From: an uncultured Pseudomonadota bacterium
Lineage (GTDB): Bacteria > Myxococcota_A > Polyangia > Fen-1088
DNA: 64,000 bases
Direction: 5' to 3'
Assembly (NCBI GenBank): GCA_963847705.1
Contig: CAWKBC010000030.1
Location: 96,001 to 160,000, forward strand
The translations under genes were made by a program, and so were the position numbers. The notes under the pieces are model-generated. The model did not search any database. It had not been told where the DNA came from and worked only from the letters and a program-made list of their open reading frames with translations. Positions 1-9,074 of the stretch are shown here, in pieces (the first letter of the stretch is position 1; each line of letters begins with the position of its first letter).

Positions 1-429
1 CACCAGCACGACGCCGATGATGAAATCAATCTGGACCCGCTGCCGCCGGTCGTACCACCCCTGTCGATGGGCGACGATCCGTCCGAACTCGGTGAGCGCC
101 GTCTGCAGGTCGAGCTGCTTGTTGATCCCCAGGAGCAAGAGCCCAATCGCGATGGCCTTCCACAGAGCGCTCATGCGGACGGCCTCCGGCAGCGCGGCGA
201 GCCTCCGTCTCTGTCCGAGCAGGGCCAACGTGACGGGGAGCCATGCCCCCCTGAGCGACGCTCCCGCCGCCGTGCGCCAGGTCCGGTGGTTGACGAAGCA
301 GAGATACGAGGCCCACAGATAGGCGACGACGGTGATCCAGCCGATCGCGTTCGGGTCGCCGATTCCCGGCGACCAGGTGCCGACCCAGCCCGCCGTCGGC
401 TCCCCCGTCATGCCCAGCGCCATCGTCAT
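1..429 (-). CDS. Conserved hypothetical membrane protein (3' end runs off the window)
   Basis: Not in the ORF track because it has no stop in the window. Hand translation from ATG 429: MTMALGMTGEPTAGWVGTWSPGIGDPNAIGWITVVAYLWASYLC...LLLLGINKQLDLQTALTEFGR, with several TM-like segments; divergent from rmlB. Confidence 0.7.
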   Translation of the reverse strand, partial: MTMALGMTGEPTAGWVGTWSPGIGDPNAIGWITVVAYLWASYLCFVNHRTWRTAAGASLRGAWLPVTLALLGQRRRLAALPEAVRMSALWKAIAIGLLLLGINKQLDLQTALTEFGRIVAHRQGWYDRRQRVQIDFIIGVVLV

Positions 430-524
430 CGAGGGTGATCTAGCACGGGGGCGACGGCGCTCGGGGGCACCGCACGGGCCGGAACTGTTGAACTTTGGGG
501 CCCGTTACCCCAAACTGCTTGTCC

Positions 525-1562
525 ATGAACGTGTTGGTGACCGGAGGCGCGGGGTTCATAGGCTCATCATACGTACGCCTCGCGCGCCGCAAGCGGCCGA
601 GCGACCTCGTGGTGAACGTCGACGCGCTGACCTACGCCGGCAACCTGGAGAACCTGCGCGATCTCGAGAGTGACCGGAAGCACCTCTTCGTGCGGGCCGA
701 TATCCGGGAGGGGGCGACGATTCTCGAGCTCCTCCGCCGTCACGCCATCGACGCCGTGGTGAACTTCGCCGCCGAGAGCCACGTCGATCGCAGCATCGCC
801 TCGGCCGCCCCCTTTCTCGAGACCAACGTGGGAGGGACGCTGAGTTTGCTGGAGGCGGCGCGCGCTGCCGGCGTGCGGCGATTCCTGCAGGTCTCGACCG
901 ACGAGGTCTACGGATCGTTGGGTCCGACCGGCGCCTTCGAAGAGACGACGCCGATCTCGCCTCGCAGCCCCTACTCGGCCAGCAAGGCCGCGGCCGATCA
1001 CTTCGTGATGGCGTTTCACCACACGCACGGGATGGACGTGGTGATCACGCGCTGCTCGAACAACTACGGTTCGTACCAGTTCCCGGAGAAGCTCATCCCG
1101 CTCATGATCCTCAATGCCTTCGACGGCAAGCCCCTGCCGGTCTACGGCGATGGCCTCTACGTCCGCGACTGGATCCACGTGGACGATCACTGCGAGGCGA
1201 TCGATCTGGCTCTCGAGGGCGGCACGTCCGGCGAGGTCTACAACATCGGCGCAGAGAACGAGCGGCCCAACATCGACGTCGTGCGGGCCATCCTGGGCCT
1301 GACGGGCCGGGACGAGTCGCTGATCCGCCATGTCCCCGACCGCCCGGGCCACGACCGCCGCTACGCCATGAACTCGCGAAAGATCCGGGAGCAGCTCGGC
1401 TGGCGGCCCCGGCATGGGTTCGAAGAGGGGCTGGCCGAGACCGTCGCCTGGTATCGCGCGAACGGCGCCTGGTCGGACGGCGTGCGCAGCGGCGCTTATC
1501 GCGACTATTACGAGCAGCAATATGCCCGGCGGCTGGCCGCTGGCGCGGGAGGCACGAGATGA
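525..1562 (+). CDS. rmlB: dTDP-glucose 4,6-dehydratase
   Basis: VLVTGGAGFIGS, DALTYAGNLENL, AAESHVDRSI, VSTDEVYGSL, PYSASKA, DRPGHDRRY. ATG 525 preferred over TTG 495. Confidence 0.97.
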   Translation: MNVLVTGGAGFIGSSYVRLARRKRPSDLVVNVDALTYAGNLENLRDLESDRKHLFVRADIREGATILELLRRHAIDAVVNFAAESHVDRSIASAAPFLETNVGGTLSLLEAARAAGVRRFLQVSTDEVYGSLGPTGAFEETTPISPRSPYSASKAAADHFVMAFHHTHGMDVVITRCSNNYGSYQFPEKLIPLMILNAFDGKPLPVYGDGLYVRDWIHVDDHCEAIDLALEGGTSGEVYNIGAENERPNIDVVRAILGLTGRDESLIRHVPDRPGHDRRYAMNSRKIREQLGWRPRHGFEEGLAETVAWYRANGAWSDGVRSGAYRDYYEQQYARRLAAGAGGTR

Positions 1563-2302
1563 GCCAAGAGGAGCTTCGAGGAGTGGTGCTGGCGGGCGGT
1601 ACGGGGTCGCGCCTCTTCCCGCTCACCAAGGTGACGAACAAGCACCTCCTGCCGATCGGGCGGGAGCCGATGATCTTCTATCCCGTCAAGAAGCTGGTCG
1701 AGGCGGGCATCCGCGAGATCCTGATCGTCACCGGCACCGAGCACATGGGCGACGTGGTGAGCCTGCTCGGCAGCGGCAAGGAGTTTGGCTGCGAGTTCAC
1801 CTACCGCGTGCAGGACGAAGCGGGCGGGATCGCGCAGGCGCTCGGGTTGGCGCGGCGCTTCGGTCGCGGCGGGCGACTGGCGGTGATCCTGGGCGACAAC
1901 ATCTTCGAGAGCTCCATCGCGCCGTTCGCGGAGGCTTATCGCCGGCAACCCGGCGGCGCCAAGGTGTTGCTGCAGGAGGTGCACGATCCGGGACGCTACG
2001 GCGTGGCGGTCACCGAGGCCGGCAAGGTGGTGCGGATCATCGAGAAGCCCAAGGATCCACCGACCAACCTGGCGGTGACCGGGATCTACTTCTACGACAC
2101 CGCGCTCCACGAGATCATCGCGGAGCTCAAGCCGTCCAAGCGCGGCGAGCTGGAGATCACCGACGTCAACAACGCCTACATCGCGCGCGGCGAGCTGACG
2201 TTCGACGTCCTGCCCGGATGGTGGACCGACGCCGGCACGTTCGAATCGCTGAAGCACGCGACCGACCTGGTCGAGAGCGCGCTCCGCGAAAAGACCCGCT
2301 AG
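1559..2302 (+). CDS. rmlA: Glucose-1-phosphate thymidylyltransferase (short SpsI/RmlA type)
   Basis: GVVLAGGTGSRLFPLTKVTNKHLLP, LGDNIF, EKP, RGELEITD, WTDAGT; ATGA overlap with rmlB. Confidence 0.93.
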   Translation: MSQEELRGVVLAGGTGSRLFPLTKVTNKHLLPIGREPMIFYPVKKLVEAGIREILIVTGTEHMGDVVSLLGSGKEFGCEFTYRVQDEAGGIAQALGLARRFGRGGRLAVILGDNIFESSIAPFAEAYRRQPGGAKVLLQEVHDPGRYGVAVTEAGKVVRIIEKPKDPPTNLAVTGIYFYDTALHEIIAELKPSKRGELEITDVNNAYIARGELTFDVLPGWWTDAGTFESLKHATDLVESALREKTR

Positions 2303-4003
2303 AGACCGGATCAATTTAGGTCGCTGAGGGAAAAGCCTAAGCGTTTGGATCCCTTAGAAGAAAGGGGATCGACGCGGATCGCGGATTGTGATCAAACGGT
2401 TCCAGGAGGGAATCGATGGACACGATCTGGACGACCGAGACGACGCTGACGGGCCTGGAGGAGCGGATCGTCAAGCGGTGTGGAAAGCGGCGTGTCTTCG
2501 TGTTTCTGCGGGAGCTGCGGCACCGCATCTTCGACGAGGCCTTGCAGGCGAAGCTGGCCGCGGCTTACGCAGAGCTGGTGCGCGGAAAGGAGCGAATTCC
2601 GCCCGCTCAAGTGGCGATGGCACTCCTACTTCAGGCGGCGTTGGGCGTGCCCGATCACGAGGTCGTGGAGCTGACGGTCATGGACCGACGCTGGCAGATG
2701 GTGCTCGGATGCCTGGGTGCCGAGGAGCCCCTGTTTTCTCAGGGAACGCTCTTCAATTTCCGGCAGCGAATGATCGCCAAGGGCCTCGACCAGGAGCTGT
2801 TCGACAAAACGGTGGCTCTGGCGCGCGAAACCGGCGGTTTCAGTGCGACGCATCTACGAGCGGCGTTCGATGCGAGCCCGCTGTGGGGCGCTGGGCGAGT
2901 GGAGGACACCTTCAATCTCATCGGTCGTGCTGCGATGCACGTCGTTCGCACGGCCGCCGAGCGACTGGGGCGACCATTCGCCGAGGTCGCCGCCGAAGCA
3001 GGAATCCCGGTGGTGGCCGCGACAAGCATCAAGACCGGGCTGGACATCGACTGGGACGACCCGGACGCCAGGAAAATGGGCCTGACGAAGCTCCTGGCGC
3101 AGGTGCAGTCGCTGGAACGCTGGCTTGATCGGGAGCTCAAGGAGCAGCTGAAACAGCCACCGTTGAAGGAGCAGTGGACACTCGTACAGAAGCTGATTGC
3201 TCAAGACACGGAGCCAGATCCGGAAGGTGGGGGAGGACGAAGAATCACCGACGGCGTCGCCAAGGACAGGCGCATCAGCGTCAGCGACGCGGACATGCGC
3301 CACGGCCGCAAGAGCAAGCGGAAGCGCATCGACGGCTACAAGCGGCACATCGCCCTCGACGTCGACACACCCGGCTTGATCTGCGGCGTAGCCGTCACAC
3401 CAGCTAACCAGCCAGAGCGAACCGCGAGCGCGACGCTCCTCGCCGACTTGGACCGGCAGAGATTGAAGCTCAGCGAGCTCTTCATCGACCGCGGATACCT
3501 CGGCGACGAATCAATCGAAGAGCGGCGACAGGAAGGGCTGCAGGTGCACTGCAAGCCTTTCCCGCAGCGAAACGGTGACCTCTTCGACAAGGGTGATTTT
3601 CAGATCGATCTCGTCGAGAAGACCATCCGCTGCCCGGAGGGCATCATCGTGCCGCTACGCCTTGGCACCAACGCCCATTTTCCGGCCGCCAAGTGCGACC
3701 CCTGCTCCAAGCGCGACGCCTGCACTCGCGCCAAACCCGGCAGAGGCCGCAGTCTCAGCATTCACCCAAACGAGCCCTTCATGCTCGATCTCAGGAGCAA
3801 GGCCAAGTCCCCCGAAGGCCGCGCCAACCTCAGAACTCGAGTGAAGGTCGAGCACGGCCTCGCAACCATCCACTCACGCCAGGGCGACAAGGCCCGCTAC
3901 CGTGGCCTTCGAAAAAACCTCTTCGACGTCCGCCGGCACGCCGCCGTCGAAAACCTCTTCGTGATCGATCGCTTACAGCTGGCCGCCTAATTTGGTCGGC
4001 TCT
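2303..4003 (+). mobile_element. Insertion sequence (IS1182/IS5-like), 1701 bp, apparently complete
   Basis: Imperfect 18-bp terminal IRs (AGACCGGATCAATTTAGG 2303-2320 vs the reverse complement of 3986-4003, AGAGCCGACCAAATTAGG; 14/18 identical), flanked by CTAG at 2299-2302 and 4004-4007. Confidence 0.88.
2416..3990 (+). CDS. DDE transposase, IS1182-like
   Basis: DUF772-like N-terminus (DRRWQMVLGCL..FSQGTLFNFRQR), AFDAS, DADMRHGRKSK..GYKRH, FIDRGY, Cys-rich insert, RVKVEH. Confidence 0.9.
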   Translation: MDTIWTTETTLTGLEERIVKRCGKRRVFVFLRELRHRIFDEALQAKLAAAYAELVRGKERIPPAQVAMALLLQAALGVPDHEVVELTVMDRRWQMVLGCLGAEEPLFSQGTLFNFRQRMIAKGLDQELFDKTVALARETGGFSATHLRAAFDASPLWGAGRVEDTFNLIGRAAMHVVRTAAERLGRPFAEVAAEAGIPVVAATSIKTGLDIDWDDPDARKMGLTKLLAQVQSLERWLDRELKEQLKQPPLKEQWTLVQKLIAQDTEPDPEGGGGRRITDGVAKDRRISVSDADMRHGRKSKRKRIDGYKRHIALDVDTPGLICGVAVTPANQPERTASATLLADLDRQRLKLSELFIDRGYLGDESIEERRQEGLQVHCKPFPQRNGDLFDKGDFQIDLVEKTIRCPEGIIVPLRLGTNAHFPAAKCDPCSKRDACTRAKPGRGRSLSIHPNEPFMLDLRSKAKSPEGRANLRTRVKVEHGLATIHSRQGDKARYRGLRKNLFDVRRHAAVENLFVIDRLQLAA

Positions 4004-4050
4004 CTAGCTCGCCCGGAGGTCGACCACGGCGGTCGACCACGGATGGTTGA

Positions 4051-4599
4051 CTACGGGGGGAGCAAGCCGGCCGGAATGTCGGCCAGCAGCGGGTTCTCGC
4101 GATCCCGGTCCGAGACGATGGGATTCTCGACGCCCCAGGAGATCCCGAGCGTCGGATCGTCCCAGCGCACCCCGCGCTCGTCGCTGTTGTCGTAGAGCTC
4201 GTCGACCAGGTAGGTCATGAACGAGTCGACCAGGGCGCAGAAACCGTGGGCGACACCCTTGGGGATGTAGAGGCCGAACCGGGAGTCCGTGCCCAGCTCG
4301 ATCACCTCGCTCGCACCGCGGGTCGGTGAGGAGACCCGCATGTCGTAGAGCGCGGCGCGGACCCGACCCGACGGAACAATCCAAAAATCGGCCTGCTTGA
4401 GGTGATAGTGCAGGCCCCGCAGGACGGTGGCCTTGGAGAACGACACGTTTCCCTGCACCATGTCGCGCACGCCCGGGACCCACTGCCGCCGGTAGCTCTC
4501 GAAGAAGTAGCCGCGGCTGTCCTGGAAGGACTTCAGCGCCACGATGTAGACGCCTTTGATGCGGTCAGATTCGCGCGACGGCGTCGTGGTCGAGGACAT
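4051..4599 (-). CDS. rmlC: dTDP-4-dehydrorhamnose 3,5-epimerase
   Basis: FQDSRGYFFESY, VLRGLHY, DMRVSSPT, LYIPKGVAHGF, WDDPTLGISW, SDRD. Confidence 0.95.
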   Translation of the reverse strand: MSSTTTPSRESDRIKGVYIVALKSFQDSRGYFFESYRRQWVPGVRDMVQGNVSFSKATVLRGLHYHLKQADFWIVPSGRVRAALYDMRVSSPTRGASEVIELGTDSRFGLYIPKGVAHGFCALVDSFMTYLVDELYDNSDERGVRWDDPTLGISWGVENPIVSDRDRENPLLADIPAGLLPP

Positions 4600-4604
4600 G
4601 ATGG

Positions 4605-5483
4605 CTACTCTAGCCGCATCTCTTCGGCCGCGAAAGCCCGGAGGGCCTCTTGCCAGGTCGACAGGGTGTCGAAACCGGTCTCACGGAGCATCCGGTTGTC
4701 GAGGATCGCGCGCCGGGGCCGGGGGGCCTTCATCGGCAGGGAGGCGGTCGGCACCCCCTCGACCTTTGTCGCCGGAAGACCGAGGATCTCGGCGGCGAAG
4801 CTGGCGAAGGCCGCCCAGGTCGTCTCGCCGTGCGAGGTGCAGTGGTAAAGGCCGTAGTGGTCGGTCGCCGCCAGTGCGGCCGAGACCCGGGCGACCTCCC
4901 GGACCCAGGTCGGCGAGCCGAGCCGCTCGCGGTCGGCGCGAACGGTTTCGCCCTTTCTCAGGCGGCGCACGATGGTCGAGGGAAAGTTTCGGCCGCTCCG
5001 TCCGTACAGGCACCCGACCCGCAGAATGAAGTGCCGCGCCGCCGCGTCCGCCACCGCCGCGTCGCCGGCCACCTTCGAGCGGGCGTAGCTCCCCTGGGGC
5101 GTGGGCGGATCCTTTTCGTCGTAAGGGCGGGCCTGCTCGCCGTCGAAGACGAAGTCGGTCGAGTAGTGGACCACGGCGGCGCCTGCGGCTGCGGACGCGC
5201 GCGCGACCGCGCGGGCCCCCGCCTCGTTCACGGCAAACGCGACCTCCGGTTCGAGCTCCGCCCGATCGACGTCCGTGTAGGCGGCCGCGTTGAAGACGGC
5301 CGTGGGCCGCGTCTCGGCGAACAGCGCCCGCAGGGCCGCCTCGTCCCGAATGTCGCACTCGCTGCGGGCGACGGCGGCGGCGACCGACCAACCGGCCAGC
5401 GGCAGTTGCTCACAGAGCGCCAGCCCCAGCGTCCCTCTCGCCCCCAGCACGATCGCTCTTCGTTCGTCGGCCATGTTGTTCAC
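4605..5483 (-). CDS. rmlD: dTDP-4-dehydrorhamnose reductase
   Basis: GARGTLG, NAAAYTDVDRAE, HYSTDFVFDG, YARSK, GSPT, APRP. GTGA overlap with the upstream gene; alternative ATG 5474. Confidence 0.95.
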   Translation of the reverse strand: MNNMADERRAIVLGARGTLGLALCEQLPLAGWSVAAAVARSECDIRDEAALRALFAETRPTAVFNAAAYTDVDRAELEPEVAFAVNEAGARAVARASAAAGAAVVHYSTDFVFDGEQARPYDEKDPPTPQGSYARSKVAGDAAVADAAARHFILRVGCLYGRSGRNFPSTIVRRLRKGETVRADRERLGSPTWVREVARVSAALAATDHYGLYHCTSHGETTWAAFASFAAEILGLPATKVEGVPTASLPMKAPRPRRAILDNRMLRETGFDTLSTWQEALRAFAAEEMRLE

Positions 5484-6115
5484 CTCGATCTGGTTCCGAT
5501 GCGAGCGGGACGCGCCGTCACCACCAGGCGCTTGTTGAGCTTCAGCAGGTTGGGCCGCCCCGCCCGATACGACATGTCCATGAACGACTGCATGATGTGC
5601 AGCCCCATGCCGGACTCGGGCAGCGCCTCGATGGCCGGGGGCTGCACCCGCGACGGATCGAACCCTGGTCCCCAGTCACGAAGCTCGATCTGGATGCGAC
5701 CGGGGCTCGTCTTGATTCGCAGATCGACCTCGGCGTCGCCGCTGCGGCGCGGGGCGCTCCCGACGTTCCCGTGCAGGACGATGTTGTTGAATCCCTCGCC
5801 GACGGCGGAGAGCACCTGATGGCGAAACTCGTCCCAGGCCGCGCCGCGCGGGCGCTCGGTCACCATTTTGCACGCCGTGGCCACCGCGCGAAGCGCAACG
5901 TCACGGTGCTCGAGGATGCCCCGAAGCTTCAGCCGCACCGTGCTCGGCGGAGAGACCGAGGCCCGCGTCCGAGAGGCGGCGGTCGTCGGGCTCCGTCGAA
6001 CCTTTCGGCGTTTGGGTGGGCTCAATGTGACTTTAGCTAACTCAAATCCAGAGTTCCGCGCCACCTCAAACTGGCGGCCGCCGCGGGACAGAAAGTAGTA
6101 AATCGATTTCCACAA
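5480..6115 (-). CDS. RsbW/SpoIIAB-like anti-sigma factor or Ser kinase (GHKL ATPase fold)
   Basis: AVGEGFNNIVLHG (N box), IELRDWGPGFDP (G1), LPESGMGLHIM (G2). The true start is probably downstream of 6115. Confidence 0.8.
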   Translation of the reverse strand: MWKSIYYFLSRGGRQFEVARNSGFELAKVTLSPPKRRKVRRSPTTAASRTRASVSPPSTVRLKLRGILEHRDVALRAVATACKMVTERPRGAAWDEFRHQVLSAVGEGFNNIVLHGNVGSAPRRSGDAEVDLRIKTSPGRIQIELRDWGPGFDPSRVQPPAIEALPESGMGLHIMQSFMDMSYRAGRPNLLKLNKRLVVTARPARIGTRSR

Positions 6116-6297
6116 AGGATACGCGTAGGTAGACCCCCTACCTCTCCCGCCGCCCCGCGCCTGGCGGGCGAATTCGGGACCGGTCGGGCGGGGGGAGCCA
6201 CCTCGTCCGAACCGCGACGGCGACCTGGGGCACGTTCGTCCAATTCCCGAGCGTCGAGAAAGCCGATCTCTTAATATCCGGGTGGCTCGGGTCCAAC

Positions 6298-7689
6298 TTG
6301 CTTCGCCAACACGAAAACGTCGTCCACCGCATTCAGCGCCTGGCCGACATCCTGTGGGTCGTCGTCGCGCACATCGCGACCACCTTCGCCTATCGTCAGA
6401 CCTGGCGGAGCGAGTCGAGCAACGCGACGCTGGCGGCGGTGGTGGTCTTCATCGTCGCCGCGGAGCTGTGCAGCGTCTACCGCCCCTGGCGGGTCGAGCG
6501 GTTCCACGTCGAGCTGAGGATGGTCACCCTGGCCTGGCTGGGGACCGTGGCCACCCTGATGACCTTCGCGTTCGCCACGAAGACCTCCCTGGCGTACTCG
6601 CGGGTGGTGATCTTCGGTTGGTTCGTGCTGACGCCGGTGATTCTCTGTGGTTGGCGGATCGTGGTGCGGCTGGCGCTGCGGACGATGCGGCAGCAAGGGC
6701 GCAACATCCGCAACGTGGTGATCCTTGGCGCGACCGCCAACGCACGTGCGCTCTGCAAGGAGATCGCAGAGCGGCCCTGGTTCGGCCTGCGCGTCATGGG
6801 CGTCTACGACGACCGCAGCCCCGATCGGCGCGAAGACCTGAGTGACGTTTCCTGCGCCTTCGCCGGCAGCTCGAACGATCTGCTGGAGGTCTGCCGTTCC
6901 AACAAGGTCGACTCGGTCTACATCGCCTTGCCGATGCGGGCCGAGCCGCGCATCGCGCAGCTGCTCCAGGATCTCTCGAACACCACCGCGACGGTCTATC
7001 TGGTGGCCGACTTCTTCATGTTCAACCTGCTGAGCGCGCACTGGAGCACGATCGGCGAGATCGCGATCGTCAGCGCCCACGACACGCCCTTCAAGGGCGT
7101 GGACGGGGTCCTCAAGCGCTTCGAGGACATCGTGGTCGGCAGCATGATCCTCCTGGTCATCGCCATCCCGATGCTGCTCATCGCGATCGGCATCAAGCTG
7201 ACCTCGCCCGGGCCGGTCCTCTTTCGCCAGCGCCGCTACGGCCTGAACGGCAAGGAGATCCGTATCCTCAAGTTCAGGAGCATGACGGTCCTGGAGGACG
7301 GGCCCCAGGTCGTGCAGGCCAAACGCGGCGACGCCCGGATCACCAAGTTTGGTGCGTTCCTGCGCCGGACCTCCATGGATGAGCTCCCTCAGTTCCTGCA
7401 GGTGATCACCGGGAAGATCTCGATCGTCGGCCCGCGACCGCATGCGGTCGCGCACAACGAGACCTACCGCGCGCTGATCCGCGGCTACATGCTGCGCCAC
7501 AAGGTCAAGCCCGGCATCACCGGCTGGGCGCAGGTGAATGGATGGCGCGGCGAGACCCCGGACGTCTCCTGGATGGAGAAGAGAGTGAAGTACGATCTGC
7601 AATACATCCAGCGCTGGACGCTGCTGTGGGACTTGAAGATCATCTTGCTGACCATCTTCGGACGCAAGAAGAGCAACAACGCGTTCTAG
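6298..7689 (+). CDS. wcaJ: Undecaprenyl-phosphate glucose phosphotransferase (WcaJ-like priming enzyme)
   Basis: Four N-terminal TMs, CoA-binding-like middle domain, KRFEDI, FRQRRYG, KFRSM, LRRTSMDELPQF, VGPRP, KPGITGWAQVNG. Confidence 0.93.
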   Translation: MLRQHENVVHRIQRLADILWVVVAHIATTFAYRQTWRSESSNATLAAVVVFIVAAELCSVYRPWRVERFHVELRMVTLAWLGTVATLMTFAFATKTSLAYSRVVIFGWFVLTPVILCGWRIVVRLALRTMRQQGRNIRNVVILGATANARALCKEIAERPWFGLRVMGVYDDRSPDRREDLSDVSCAFAGSSNDLLEVCRSNKVDSVYIALPMRAEPRIAQLLQDLSNTTATVYLVADFFMFNLLSAHWSTIGEIAIVSAHDTPFKGVDGVLKRFEDIVVGSMILLVIAIPMLLIAIGIKLTSPGPVLFRQRRYGLNGKEIRILKFRSMTVLEDGPQVVQAKRGDARITKFGAFLRRTSMDELPQFLQVITGKISIVGPRPHAVAHNETYRALIRGYMLRHKVKPGITGWAQVNGWRGETPDVSWMEKRVKYDLQYIQRWTLLWDLKIILLTIFGRKKSNNAF

Positions 7690-7694
7690 CCGTC

Positions 7695-9065
7695 TCACTC
7701 TTTCGGCAAGCCCGGCCGCGGAATCGGTCGGGTGGTCGCGGTGAGGGAGAGGTAGGCCCAGATCTGGCGCTGATCAAACCGAAAGTTGGGCGTGTCCAGC
7801 GTCGGTCCCCGATTTGCCCACAAGCCTCCCAGCTCGGCGTAGAAGTTCTCCGTCACCCGTCGGCGAACCCGCAGGGAGAAGGAAAAGGCGGTCTCGTCGG
7901 GAGGGGTTTGAGTGGGGAGGACCGACACGTCCTCGAGGACGGTGGCGAAGTCTCCCCGCAGGGTGACCGTCCAGCTTGGAACTGACACGGCGGTCAGCTC
8001 GGCGGCCACCGAGCCACGTGGCAGGGCATTTCCGACGACGGGGTCGAGGAAGTAATCGACCCCCGCGAAGGCCCGGCCCAGGAACACGATCTCGTCCCGT
8101 CGCGCGAGGTGCAAGATCAGCTCGGCGGATCCAATCGGCGACACGGATTGCGTCTTCCCCTCGGGAAGCAACGGCTGGGCCTCGGGCGGCGGAGAACCAA
8201 CCAGGTGGAGGTAGGTCAAGCCGAGCCGCAGGTTGAGATCGGCGCCCCTGTCGAGGCGCCTCTTCCAGGTGCCATTCGGAGTCACACTGAGGGCTCCGGC
8301 GTCATACGAGTACTCGGCGAATCCGACGGCCGTGCCCAACCCCAGCGCGTCACGCGCAGTCAGGAGAAACGAGGCCGCAGGTTCGCCGCTCACCCACGTC
8401 TGGCTGGTGACGGTCCCGGGGGGGACGACCCCGATGTCCAACCACTGCCAGTGCGAGACCAGCCCGGCGAAGCTCACCCCCCAGCGCTGGGTGAGCTTGT
8501 CCACGACCTTGGCCTGTCCGCTCACGGATGCCAAATCGACGACCTTTGGCAGCGTCGGCTGGTCGCTCCCCAACACTTGAGGCAGGGCCGTGTAATCAGG
8601 TTCGCCGATCGAGCCGACGGCAGCGGCCGTCACCGTGACGCTTCGCGATGTCCGGGCGTCGAGGGTGAGCGCGAACGTGTGCAAGATGAGCGGTTCGGAC
8701 ACCGAGGACGGATTGGTTGGCTGGCCGGCCTGAGCAGGAGCTTGCTCCAACTCCGAGGAGGGATTGGGATACTCCCAAAAGATCCGAGGCGAGTACCAGG
8801 CCGAGAAGATGATCCCGGGATTGCGAAGCTCGAGAGCCAGGCGCGGGATCAGGATCTCCGCCACGAACGAGCGGGGGTCGCTTCCGGGCACGAGCGGAGC
8901 TTCTCCAGCTCGCGACTCGCTGGAGACACTTGCTTGCAGAGCGAGGATTCCAGGGACGAAACCGAGCCCCGCCGGCGAGTCCTGGGCACCGGCCTCGCCG
9001 GCGAGGCTGGCCTGGGCGCCCAGATCTCCCGACAGGAGGCAGAACGCAACCAGCGCCGCGCCCAC
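7695..9065 (-). CDS. Probable outer-membrane beta-barrel of the polysaccharide export system (EpsX/Wzp-like)
   Basis: Signal peptide, then alternating hydrophobic beta-strand patterns; last gene of the co-polymerase/OPX operon. Confidence 0.6.
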   Translation of the reverse strand: MGAALVAFCLLSGDLGAQASLAGEAGAQDSPAGLGFVPGILALQASVSSESRAGEAPLVPGSDPRSFVAEILIPRLALELRNPGIIFSAWYSPRIFWEYPNPSSELEQAPAQAGQPTNPSSVSEPLILHTFALTLDARTSRSVTVTAAAVGSIGEPDYTALPQVLGSDQPTLPKVVDLASVSGQAKVVDKLTQRWGVSFAGLVSHWQWLDIGVVPPGTVTSQTWVSGEPAASFLLTARDALGLGTAVGFAEYSYDAGALSVTPNGTWKRRLDRGADLNLRLGLTYLHLVGSPPPEAQPLLPEGKTQSVSPIGSAELILHLARRDEIVFLGRAFAGVDYFLDPVVGNALPRGSVAAELTAVSVPSWTVTLRGDFATVLEDVSVLPTQTPPDETAFSFSLRVRRRVTENFYAELGGLWANRGPTLDTPNFRFDQRQIWAYLSLTATTRPIPRPGLPKE

Positions 9066-9074
9066 GGATGGTGC

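Noticed and set aside
6116-6297. Sigma-54 (-24/-12) promoter or JUMPstart/ops element before the EPS genes
   Set aside because: Looked for by eye in the EPS intergenic regions; no convincing match.
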